A stretch of DNA of 64,000 nt from Neodothiora populina. Taxonomy: Eukaryota. Positions 34,934 through 47,156 of the stretch are shown here, in pieces. The stretch's first letter is position 1; the number at the start of each line of letters is the position of its first letter. The stretch is from assembly GCF_041146345.1 (NCBI RefSeq), contig NW_027191411.1:558001-622000 (forward strand). Direction: 5' to 3'. The notes under the pieces are model-generated. The model did not search any database. It worked only from the letters and a program-made list of their open reading frames with translations, and had not been told where the DNA came from. The position numbers were made by a program, and so were the translations under genes.

Positions 34934-35590
34934 GGGATCATAGAGATGACCGAGGGCACCGTAGACAATGGACATGTGCTCCGAGCAATCGGATCCGCAA
35001 GTTTGTCCATGCCTTGGACTCTGCCCAGCATGGTTCGAACGAAGTCAATGGCGTGCTCTAAGGCTGAAGCCACCACAGCAGCCTTGAAGACAGCGGAACA
35101 AATACTGCGTCAAGTCATCTACAAGCAAGGATCATCAGAGAACATCAAGTGAAAAGGGGGTGATCGCGTCTCGCTACTCGCAAGGAATATATAGCCATCA
35201 GTGCAATGTATGTATCTAGTGTAGACCGAGACCTCGAGCTTTACGGCACCCGTACGCAAGGTACGCTTTTGGACGCTTCACTTGACGTCTTCGCATTTTT
35301 CTTTGCGTCTACCTACGTGTGAGGGCAGATATATCGTGCGATGTTTCACGAAAAGGCGCGCGGGGGGTGCATGATAGATGTCGCTATTGGAGTCTGCACT
35401 TGTCGGCCATTCATCCGTCAACGTACCTTGATTCCAGTCGTAGCTTCTGGCCATGCAGCGTCTATAAAATGCCAATGTGGCCTTCTGGATGACATGTCTT
35501 TACTTGATCCATCAGCACTTTCTCTCATCTTTCCCGAGCCCTCTCCTCGTCTCGAATTCCGTCCACAACGAAACAGAAAAGTCGGCCGAT

Positions 35591-36625
35591 TCACCGCCCC
35601 TTGAACGCCGGCCTCCTCTTGTCCGCAAACGCCCTGAGCGCCTCCATCCGATCCTCGGTGACAAACACCTTCTCATAAGCCTTGTTCTCGGCCTCATCGC
35701 CCGCGCCCCACATATTGACCGCCTCGAGCGCCGCCCTCGTCGCCACGGGTCCCCCAGCGCAAACATCATTCGCGAGCGCCACGGCCGCTTCGAGCGTCTG
35801 TTTCCTCGCAGCGACTTTGTGGTCTTTCAGCTGCTCTGCGCTCAGTCCCGAGGGGTCAGAGACCGGCAGCTCGACGAGGCGGTCGCAGAGGCCTGTGAAA
35901 TACCCTTCTGGCGCACTGACTGGTCTTCCCGTGAGGATCAGGTCTCGTGCGCGCGAGGTGCCGATGAGTGCAGGCAGGCGATAGGTGCCGCCTGCGCCCG
36001 GGATGATAGCCAGACGGGTCTCGGGCAGGCCGACGGTGGCTGTGGACGCGAAGACGCGGAAGGTGGTGCAGAGGGCGAGCTCGAGGCCGCCGCCGAAGGC
36101 CGTCGAGGAGATGGCGGAGATGGTGGGGATTGGAAGCGTGGACAGCGCGGAGAAGGTGTTGCGCAGGGTGGTGAGGAAGTGTTTCGTCCTTTTTTGTTTT
36201 GGCGCTGTTAGTGCGGCGGCGAGGTAGGGATGAGAGATGAGAGAGGAGGAGACTTACTCTTCGGGCGTGAACGTCAATCGCTCCTTCAGGTCTGCGCCGG
36301 CGCAGAACGCGTCGTCGCTCTCCGAGGCGATGATCACCGCCCGCGTGGAGCCCGTTTTGGCATCTTCTTGCGCGATCGAGTGGATTTCTCGGCCGAGCTC
36401 GCCCAGGAGCTGTGCTGAGATTGCGTTGCGGGCTTGCGGCCGGTTCAGGGAGAGGATCTTGATTGAGCCGGCGTGAGGGGCGGCTATGGATGTTATCTTG
36501 AGGGTTGCTTCCGGTGGAGAGGTGCTGTAGCTGCGGAGGAGGGCGCTCGTTCTTATTGTGACATTTTTGCTCCATGTCAGGCTGGCTAGTGGGGAGCGTC
36601 GTGGGACCGATATGCGGAGAGGCAT
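35591..36625 (-). CDS. AUH: Mitochondrial enoyl-CoA hydratase/methylglutaconyl-CoA hydratase (crotonase); intron 36189-36257
   Basis: Arg/Ser-rich presequence, LSLNRPQARNAIS, FCAGADLKER, AFGGGLELAL, GLPETRLAIIPGAGGT, DRMEALRAFADKRRPAFKGR. Confidence 0.85.
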
Positions 36626-36909
36626 GATGGGTGGTTTTTCCTGGTTGTGAATGTGCTCAGACGGGAGTTGTGTTGTGTTTCCAGTCGGAAAATAGTTATT
36701 GTAATTAAAGAGAGAGCTCTCGTCCAGCCGAGGCTTGTGCGGGGAAGCTTGCCTCACCTCCGAGAATCTACATTGATGGGCATTCGCCGTCGTCATACCA
36801 AGGTATCAACAAAACGTTCGATATTCCTGTCTTGCAATACTTATATAATCCCATCTGCACAGTCCAACACTATCATACTCTATCAGTCGGCTCATCGCTG
36901 CACCGCAGC

Positions 36910-38252
36910 TCAAACGCTTTGCCAGCCAATAGTCAGATCCGTCTTGTGCCCGCCTTCCTTGACATAAACCGGAATCTGCTTCCAGCCTCGCGGCAGACTG
37001 TCTGCATAAAACGTCGTGCTTCCATCGAGACCGAGCTTGCCATCCTTGCTCTCAAAGACGGTAGGCTCTCTGATATCTGCAGCACACTTCAGAGCATCCT
37101 TTTTGATCGCACACTCGCCTTTCCTCGACGCCAAGGTGAAATTCGTCTCTCCGACGCTGCTTGCTGTGAAGGTGGCACAGCTGCCACTGCTGTACCAAGT
37201 GCCGCTGCCGATGATGCATCCTTTGCTGTTGCCGTCTGTCTCGACTGCGAGGAAGCCTTTGCCGTCGAAAGCCTTTCCAGGCACCTTGGTCGGTCTGGGC
37301 GATGATCCGGTGCTGGTGTGAGTTGGGCTCGTGCTACTGCCTTTGGGCGGGTATCGGATCCCGGTCTGGGGGCATGTGTTTTTGCCGCCGAGGGGATCCG
37401 TGGCAATGAACTCACCAGTAGCGACAGAGCCCTTGACGTCAAAGTGATACCACACCTCGTTGAAGACGCCACTGTGGCAGCCCAGCGTTACCGGCTTGCC
37501 ATGTTTGGCCGAGAGGACGGATTGAATCTGCTCTTTCGTATATGTCTGACTCGAACTGGGGACGACACCCGCGTTCTTGAGCCAGTTGTAAGTGTCGAGG
37601 CCTTTGTAGAGCTTTATCGCCGTGTTGAAGTAATCAACCACCTCCTCTTGAGGTTTGTAGTCGGAATAACACCAAGGCTCCAAGGTAGACACGCAAGTGC
37701 CGTGCTTGTTCCACTCGTGATACCATAAGCTCTGATCGTTGCCATGGTAATCCTTCCAGTACGTCTGCATATAAGCCAGGAGGTCGTCTGCACCGTACTC
37801 GGTCAAAATGGCACTGATGTTGGAGTGATATCTCGAGTCGTCGCAATTCGCATCGTAGCTGCCATCGCAGAGATCAGGCCAGAGACCGTGAACAGTCCTA
37901 TCTACATGTCAACAACAGTCGGATATTTAAGAGTCATTTATGTCGATAACACAAGAACGTACCACGCATCAGACGGCCCAGTAGGCGGGTTGACATCCCA
38001 AAACTGCGTCTGGAGCATCTGTCCGCCCGGCGCATTGAAGCAGCACAGATTATCCACGACGGACGTGTTCCGGCAACTGATCGGCACGTCGGGGGAGCAA
38101 GTCGGAGCGTTGCTCTCCCAGCCTTGTGCATTCATGGGTAGTTGAGCGCCCATCTGTGCAGGAGCGACAGCCAAGGACGAGGACGATGACAGCTTGGGAG
38201 CCAGGTTTGACCAGAAGTCGCCTAGCCCGCTGGCGAGTGATTGCCACGCCAT
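36910..38252 (-). CDS. RNY1: Ribonuclease T2 with C-terminal extension (Rny1-like); intron 37898-37962
   Basis: CAS I WTVHGLWPD (formed across the intron), CAS II WYHEWNKHGTC, CCFNAPGG, Ser/Thr linker and C-terminal domain GCIIGSGTWYSSGSCATF. Confidence 0.92.
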
Positions 38253-39047
38253 TTCGTTGTCTTGTTTCTGTGAGCAGGAGACGTCTTATATGGCTAGGTA
38301 GCTAGGAACCTCGAAGACGTAGCACAACAGCTACTGCATATACCAAAAGCTGATGCAGTCTGTGAGGGCAGTCGACTGGAAGCCGTTTCTGAACGACCAA
38401 GATATAGGACAGGAACGAGCTGATATATAGCAAACAAGTTCGAAGCGATGATACAGCCAGGTAGTGTACAGTACCTTACCTTATCTAGTATGCAAGGCAG
38501 CCTATTACATTACTGCTCCGGGCGGCGTGCTGCAAGGTACTGTACAGCTGCGTCATACCAACCGCAGTGCAGGGTCCGGGGTTGATTCACCTCGGGGATA
38601 ACGAAACGGCCCGACCCTCTTTCTTCCCCTGAAACACTTAAAACAAGAGTCTACTCCGTACAGCCACGCGATTGGCCAGGGTCTCCCCCTGGTCTTGCTT
38701 CACGCATGCGTGACCAAACTGGTCATGCATTACCACCTCAACGGGAAGAAAGACAGCTGATCCAACCTTTGCTCTATTTCTGTTTGGGTATGATCGAAGC
38801 CTTTTTTAGTGAGGACGAAGACTGCCCAGCTGATAGCGAATTGGTCAGCTTACGGGTGTCAGTTTTATGGTCTTAGGTGAACTTTGTCAAGCCAGCATAG
38901 CCAGCCGTGTCTTTGACCAACGCGTGGTAGTTGTACATATTGGCTAAGGTATACATCTAGCAGTCCATACCGCAATGATTCCTATATATATCAGACACAT
39001 GTCCGAGTGGCTTCTCTATCATTACTCGTCACTGTGGCGGGCGTGCT

Positions 39048-41070
39048 TCAAAAAACCGCACCACCGATGATAAATACGCGTTCTTCCTCACGCCTGATCC
39101 ATTTGATGATTCTGTTCGCCCCCTGTGCCAGTGCCTCCCGTGAAGCATGAGGTCCGGCAACACAATACAGCTCGAACACCGGCGTTTCCCACGCAAGAGA
39201 TATTGAGTCGTAAGACACGCAATGCTGCACCTTGAGATGGGCGTTGCGAGTGTGGATGCTAGCATGCAGTGTATGGTAAAGTGACACCAACCGCCTACGT
39301 GATACCAGATCTTGGAAGTGGGGTGCAAACGACGGCATGGCGTACTGTACGTTGCCTCGCGATTTGTATACGAAATGTCGCAGCACTGTTCCCGGGATAA
39401 GCTCGTTGCACGTAGGGTGACCTCGCCGTACCGCAGCTTTGACGATCGCCATGCTGCCGTTGGCATTCAATAACTATGACATTGTTAGCCAATGCCAAGA
39501 TTCGTCTTCCTTCATCCATACATACGTCAATCAGGTCATCTCGCATCTGTCTGAGCTCGAAGAAAGCTTCTTTGTTGGTGCTGATCAATATAATGGCAAT
39601 CTCGTCGCCCTTGTCGCCAGAAGAGGTTGGCCTCTCCTCTACTTTGGCAGATGTGTCGGCCACGCTCAGAAAGCTGACATACATGTACAGATACCCAGTG
39701 TTGTTAAAACCAGGCAGGCACAACGGTATCCAGTTCTCGCCCCCGGCTGCCTTCACTGCTCCCGCCTCGAAGAGCATGTTGAAGATCAGATGCAGATCGC
39801 CAGGATGCAGAGAGTGCTTCTTAGGTCGCACCACGCTGACAAGCTGCCCACCGGCGACGATCAAGCCATAAAGGAGATTCGGACTTCGCACTTTGAGAAG
39901 CGAAGTGTTGATCACCGAACGCTGTGACTTGCGTAGTCTCAGACACTCCAGGGCAGAGAAAAGGGTAGGAATAGAGCCGCGCGTAAATCCATCTGCTAAA
40001 GCTCCGAGCAGGACTTCGGTCCCTTGCAACGGTCGTCTCAAATCCGTAGAAGGGCGGCTGGAAAACATACGTTCCATATTTGGGAGGGTTAACGTGGACA
40101 AGATTTGCATATACAGGGCCTCGAGTTGAGACCTGAGTTGGCCATCGCTTTCACCCAGCCGGCTGATCGCTACAAGATTGAGATGGCCTTTCGAGAGAAT
40201 AACAAACCGCGCATCCCCAGCTGTGAAGCCTCTGAGAGGATCGTCTGCGTTTTGATAGAAGGATATGATGGTTTGGATGATTCCAACATGATTCGATATA
40301 GTCTGATCATCACCGTGCCGGCTCCAGATAGGCTTTCCAGAAGAAGAGAGTATGAAGAAATGCTTGAGCTTAGCTTTCCATTCATTCATAACATACTCTT
40401 CATTAGACGCATCGGCTTTGAAGTCTTCCAGGGGATCAAATTCATGATGCATCCGTATGCTGAATATTTCATCGTCAGGCAAGGAGCGTTCGAAAGGATT
40501 GTCGTCCTCAAGCTGTGCAGTCAGGGCCCTCCAAGCTGGCGTGGCTTGCCCGCTTAGGACATCACCCATAAGGCTCTCGACTTCGTCACCAAAAAAGCCG
40601 CTTTGAGAAGGACTCATGACGCTGCTCGCATCGTTATCGCTACCGACCCGACTGGGACGACGACTGACGTCAAATCTGTACTCCCGCCCAGACAAAGTGC
40701 GCGCTGCTGCAGGCTGTACAGCGGAGAGGGACCTGTCATGGTAATTCCTGGTCTCTACGTCTGCTAATGACACAGCGGTAGTGGGGCGAGCCTGTAATTG
40801 CGGTCGCGACGCCCGTTTGGGCAGCCGCAGTGAGCCAGTTTGACTTCTACGGTCATCAAGAAGGTCATGGTTCATAGATCTAGGGGGCAACGGGGGCGGA
40901 GTCAATTCTCGAGATAGTTCAATGTTGTCCACTGAAACATCTGTATCGCCTTTCACACCAGGACTAGCAGAAACATCGTCATGAGGTGAGGAGGCTCTAT
41001 CCGTTTCAGACTCCTTAGGTCCTATCGTAGCCGCTGCATTTTCCTGTTGTTCACCAGGCGCACCAGGCAT
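39048..41070 (-). CDS. MON1: Vacuolar fusion protein Mon1 (Ypt7 GEF subunit); intron 39474-39525
   Basis: KHFFILSSSGKPIWSRHGD, DLRRPLQGTE, PKKHSLHPGDLHLIF, ENWIPLCLPGFN, LRHFVYKSR, EERVFIIGGAVF. Confidence 0.95.
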
Positions 41071-41512
41071 CTCATCGAAAAGGATGAGCAACGATCGAGC
41101 TAAAAAGCAACCAAAGTCGATCGAAGTTCTAGTACCACATCAAGGTCAACTTGATATACCTTGTTACGAATCAGGGGACTAGAAGAGATCAAGGCTTGAT
41201 GTCGAACTCGAGACCGCTCATACAGTAACAAAATAAGGCAGAGGTAAGGCAAAGTAGACTTTCGCTCATGGCTACGTAAGAAGGTAAATAGCAAGCGCTA
41301 TGTACGGGCCGCCCCCACACTTGGCACTTTGCATGTGCGCATAAGCGTCTACGTAGCAATAGGCCATACACGGAAAGAGCTCAGAATAATGATTGTGTTT
41401 ACTTGACAGCTATACTAGGCAGGCATTATTCACCACAGACGATGGATACACCCGCTCACAAGACTTAGCAGACCAGCCGGGGTTGCAACTGGATCGAGGA
41501 AAGGCCTTAGAA

Positions 41513-44500
41513 ATGGCTCTCAACCCACAAGACGGTCGACGTTCGACATCTCCATCATTGAGCGCAGGCCGTTCATCGCCGGGACTGCGTACTCCTCGCC
41601 GAGTCGAGGACGGTATGTGCGTTTGGGAGTAACATAGAGTATCAGCTCTGTCTGACATGGCCAGGTCTGCATTCAAAGGACAAGGCATTCCGCCGCTATG
41701 CTGTTGCCATTGAGCGAGCTCTTTCCTCATTTGATGCTGCGCAGCAAGAATGGGCAGACTATATCGCATTCTTGGCTCGTTTACTGAAGGTCTATAAGAA
41801 GCAGAGCACACAACTAGTTGTAGTCATCCACTTATGATAAAAGTAGGCCGTTCAATTTCCTCCTCCGAATATCGAAGCGTTGCCGCAAGAAAGCACGATC
41901 GCACTAAGGTTGTCGCAATGCTTGAATCCCGCATTGCCGTCAGGGGTGCATCAGAAAGCTCTGGAAGTCTACTCTGCCATTCTCTCCATTCTTGGGACTG
42001 AAGGTTTGGGCAATAGCCTGCATGTATACTTGCCGAGTCTCTTGCCTGTGCCTTCGTTCGCATCGTTGTCTGTTCGCCCATTATATTACGCCATTTTCGA
42101 GGAGTACATCGTCAAACTCAAGCCCTCCGACTTGCGATCTGCCACCAAGTCGTTGATCCTGTGTCTGCTTCCTGGCATCGAAGATGAGACAAGCGAAGAT
42201 TTCGAAAGAGCATTGCAAATCATCGACAGTCTCCGGAAAGCGACGTCGAGAGACGCGGCGGACGTCACCGAGTGCGAGACGAAGGATGGCTATTTCTGGC
42301 AATGCTTTTTTCTGGCCGTAATCACAAACCCATCTCGACGTCAAGGTGCTTTGGCATATCTCACACGTAGACTCCCCAATTTCTCGCCCGTTAAAGAATC
42401 GGAGCTTGTAGACGAAAACACAGACAGCCCGCACTCTGGCCTCTCACCTGCAGCTGAAGCTGTCATCACACCTGAGCCAGGTCTTCTTATGCGCTGTTTT
42501 GCTGCTGGTCTCCAAGATGCACATCTGCTCGTCCAACGTGGCTTTCTTGATCTACTGGTCACGCATCTACCCCTCCACTCCTCGCTCTTCCGGCGACGGC
42601 TGAGGGTTGACGACATGGATCTAGTCACACTCGCAGCAGTACGTACCGTCCTCAGAAGAGATATGAGTCTGAACCGGAGACTTTGGTCATGGTTCCTAGG
42701 GCCCGATCCAGCAACCAATGACTCTGAGGATCTCCAGCCTCAGTCCCCGCCTGACTCTCGACAAACCTCCACGAACAACATCATATCTGGACCAGCGGCT
42801 TACTTCCAGGAAAATGGTTCAGCTTCTCTGCGAAGAAGTATCATGCTGATGCTGGGTCGTCGTAGTGCTAGTTCTATCGAGACGGCTCGCCCGTTCCGAG
42901 TCTGTCTGTCCTTGATGGACCGCTGGGAGATTGGTGGATTGATAGTGCCGCATATCCTACTTCCGGCGCTTGAAAGTGCCTATGAATTCAGCTTATCAGG
43001 CTCGCAAGGTCAGGTCGACGAGGTTGTCCGAAGCGCAAGCCTTTTCTTTGACGGGGTTGAGAGCAGGTTGATCTGGTCCAGAATCATGCAAGTGATGCTC
43101 TCAGCCTTTGATTATGCTGTGTCCGATGTCAAAGTGGCTAGACACAAGATAAATTTCCTGAGGTTCACCACTAGTCGATTTGACATCAAGGAGGAAGAGA
43201 TGCTATCACAGCATATCCCAGCCATCCTTTTGGTTCTGTATGCTCAGCTATCGACGATCGTAAAATCAGAAGCGAGCATCGATCAAGGATTCCTCACGTC
43301 CGTTCTTCTTTTGGCCCAAAGCTGGCTTCGCTTGATCCCTGGGCGTGTCTTTCAATCTGTCAAGCATACCACTGACGACGCGGAGAGCTTTGTCCCTTGG
43401 AGCCCAAAGAATTCTGTAGCTACCACACGACTCACCATCGACTCTTATCTGCAGACCGAAGAGGAAGTACAAGCAACGACCCCCACTTTGTCATCAGTGG
43501 TGGATCACATAGTCGGAAACCTGGCAATCATTCTGAAGTTAGCACTTAGCAATGTCACCTTGGCGAGTCAATTGACTCCCATCGCGGAGGCTATCGCGCT
43601 CATAGCATCAGAGGTTCCTGATTCTCCAGCTCTCAGGTGTGCTGATCTGTATATCACATTCAGAGATGTTTTATCAAAAGATCCCAACGACGATCACTCA
43701 GCTTTCCCTGTGGTGAATTCGATGATGACGGTCCTTGCGACGACGGTAACAAGGAAACAAGCCCCTTACTTTGACCAAAGGCAAATCTCCGATCTGCAAG
43801 CAGGGTCACTGCGCCACATATGGGTCCACCTCTCACCTTTCAGGCCGAAGTTTCATCTCGAAGCAGTGCGTCTGATATGGCAGCTGGAAAGGCTGTCCAA
43901 ATCGCAACATCGGGTAGAAGCGCGTCTTGCCATGCTGGTCAGTCAGCACGCTGGGATCGACAGTGCTGAGGTTGCTGGCCGATTCTGTGTCCTTTGGGAG
44001 CACACAATGCAGAGTCTGGCGCACCGAAGTGAGGGCCAAGGGAGAGGCCTTACTCGTCGGTCCAGTGCAATGCCTTCACAAAGTGTCTCCGAAACTGGTG
44101 TAGACGCAGAGAAGGTTTTGACGCGACCTCTACTTATACTATTGGACAGCCTACAGGTAGAAGGCACTGGTGCCTCCGACGTCATCCGCTCCTGGTTGCA
44201 GGCCTTGCCTTCTCTGGACCGAGTATTCTACATTCTACTCTCCAGACTGCAGGATGATCTGGATGCTTATTCACACAGCTCGAGTGAAACTTCAGCAGCG
44301 AAACGCCAGCAACGAGACATGCATCAAAGCCTGGATGATGTTGTATTTTGTCTTCAGCATATTCGCAACATCCTTCGTTGTCCTTCTTCGCATACATGGA
44401 TTGTCCTAGCCAACCTGAAGTTGAAAGCATCCAAATCTCCGCAACCTAGCACTACGGCCACAGAGATGCTGGCTCTTACATGTCTCAAAGCTTTAGCTCT

Positions 44501-47156
44501 TCGAGGCGACGGCGCGACCGAGACTGTACATCATGCATCTTTGACTGTCCTGCAAGCTTTACTCGCCGGACCGAATTACGAGGCCTTGCATGAATTAAGG
44601 ATCGACGACACCTTGATCGATCTACTCTCTAGATCATTGGCTGATCCCATCAGTTCACTTCAGACCGTTTACCTCCAAGCAATATCTACAGCACTGAAAG
44701 TCGGGCTCTTGCCTCCTCTGGACTTACCTGGAGCTAGACGACCATCATCTAGTGGCTTTGCACGTCTCTCGGTCACTGCAGAGATAAAGGAAATTTCCAT
44801 GAGCAATCGAGCTGTTGGACCGCCCTCTGGCCTGCTCAACTGCTTGCGAATCGGCTTATCTTCAGTCAACGCACGGTTGTACCTGGATCATTGGGTTGGG
44901 TTCTTAGCGGAGGTGCTGCCACTCTACGCCGATGCAGTGTTTGCAAGCTTGTTACCGCTCGTGGAGGGGATCTGTAAACAAGTCGGTATAGCTTTCACAT
45001 ATCTCAAAGAAGCATCTCGTGGAGTGACGAGACCTGGTACTGGTGTGCCAGTGTCATCTCTTGCAGCACTGTTGCATGGTCTCGAGCTAGTATTGGCCCA
45101 TGTACATCGCCTGTTCCAGGGCGAGGAGGTGTCAAGCCCAACAACCAAATCGCCCGACCATCCTCCTGGGTTTTTTGGTACAATGGTATCCGGTGTCTTC
45201 GCGTCAGAGGGTCCTCCGACCAAGACAAGCAGAATCAACAGTAGACTTACCATGATTCTTTCCTTCCAAGACGCTATACGTACTTGCTTCTCTATCTGGG
45301 CTTGGGCAAGTCAAAGCAGTTCCAGTGGCGATATCGATTCGGCATGTGCTGCGACGACCTCCCTGAATGCGTTGAAATTGCGGAACAAGACTAGGAGAAT
45401 ACTAGAAAATCTCTTTGCTGCCGAAGAGCTCGAGTGCTTGGAGACACTGGCACTGCTTTGGTCTCGGCCCAAGGACGGACACAGAGATGAATCTGAAGCT
45501 GTCTTTAACCTTCTGTTGGTGCTGGATGGCTCGAAACCAAAACACACCGTGCCCATCATCATCAATGCACTATACAGTAGAACAAACATTGACGCCCTGG
45601 ACCTGGCAAGAAGATCGAGTTTGACATCTGATCTGACTACTCTGGAAGTCATATCATTCCTTCTCAGCTACACAAGGGCTATAGAAGATGACGCTACGGA
45701 CGAGATCTGGACAGACTGCATGGTGTTCCTGCGAGACGTCTTGTCCAATCCCCTACCTCATCGACAGATTCTGCCCGGACTACTGGAGTACACTGTGTTA
45801 CTTGCTGAAAAAATTGAACATACGAATTTTGGAGACTTGCGCAAGATGCGACGCGATCTGGGAGTAAGTGTCTCTAAATTGCCATGCTATGAACTTCGCT
45901 AACCTTTGCAGGACATATTTATCCGACTCCTGACTGCGACCTTAACCGCAAGGCCGTTATCAAGTCAATTCGACACCTCACAGCCAAGGGCGGCTGACGA
46001 TCTAGTCTCAAGTTTGCTTTACATAACGCCAAAGTTGCAAACCATTTTGCAGAGCAGTGATCGTATTCTGAGCGCCGTGGATATCATGTCGCGTAGCGTC
46101 ATCACTCCCTCTATACACGCCAAATCTTTCCCGGAAAACATCAGTATCGAGTATCTAAAATTATTCGAGCTGATCGCGCAGGAGGGCTCGACTTCTAAAA
46201 TTTGGAAGAAGGATTTGACCGATGCTTTTTACAACTCACGCCTATTGATCAGCTCTGCTGATTTGGTGCAGGATGGTTGGCTGCCGCTGATCCGCAAATG
46301 GGCTCTCAGTGACAGTACCCGTCTTCAAGAGCTGCTCGCGCGCCTTACAGTCCCTTCAACAGCCGGTATCATGTTCGGCGTTGGCGCGAACGCTGCGCGA
46401 CTAGAAGCAGATCGTAGAACACAATTGACACTGCGACGACTTGTCCTTCTTCTGCTCGCGTGCGAGCAAGACGCCTTTGTCAACAATCTTGCTCTGATAC
46501 TGCATTGGCTCTTCGACCTATGTGCTGCAGACGCTTCTTCATCGCCATCATCCGCAACACGAGCCGAGATTTTCATGGTCTTCCGGGCTTTGCTTCTGTC
46601 TTTCTCCTCGATCCAGCTGTCTGCGGTCTGGCCTATACTCAACGATATCCTACCAGCTGCACTGAACTCGTGTATCGGAAACAACTCGTCTCGCGAGATA
46701 TACGGCAATCTGTCTCTACTGCAGGCTTGTCGATTACTTGATCTACTGACCACTCTCTCGCCGGATGAGTTCCAATTACATGCCTGGCTGTACCTAACAG
46801 ACACGATCGACGCGGTCTACAGGCCTGTAGACCTCACTTCCGTGGCATTGGCAGACGGAGTCGCTGATGTTTTGAGCGCCGAGAACATCGACCAATCAAC
46901 ATATCCTACGTCATTGACTGCTCCCACACAGAGCTCCGCGGAAACTCGTGTTCCATATCTCAACGCAACACACATTGACGGCGCAGATGCAAAAGCAATG
47001 CGCCGAGATGACTTTGTCAAAGGTGTTTTGCATCCATTCTTAAGCCAGCTGAGCATGTACGCTTATGAAGCAACATATCACATGGGGGAGCCTGATATCC
47101 AGGCTTGTAGACGTAGTCTGTTGGAGGATGTGCTTGACGAGAGCACTATGGCTTAA
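41513..47156 (+). CDS. DOP1: Dopey/Dop1 (DopA) Golgi-endosome trafficking protein; 4 exons
   Basis: DKAFRRYAVAIERALSSFD...EWADYIAFLARLLK, RLSQCLNPALPSGVHQKALEVY, RRDMSLNRRLWSWFLG, PFRVCLSLMDRWEIG; C-terminal FQLHAWLYLTDTIDAVY. Confidence 0.95.
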
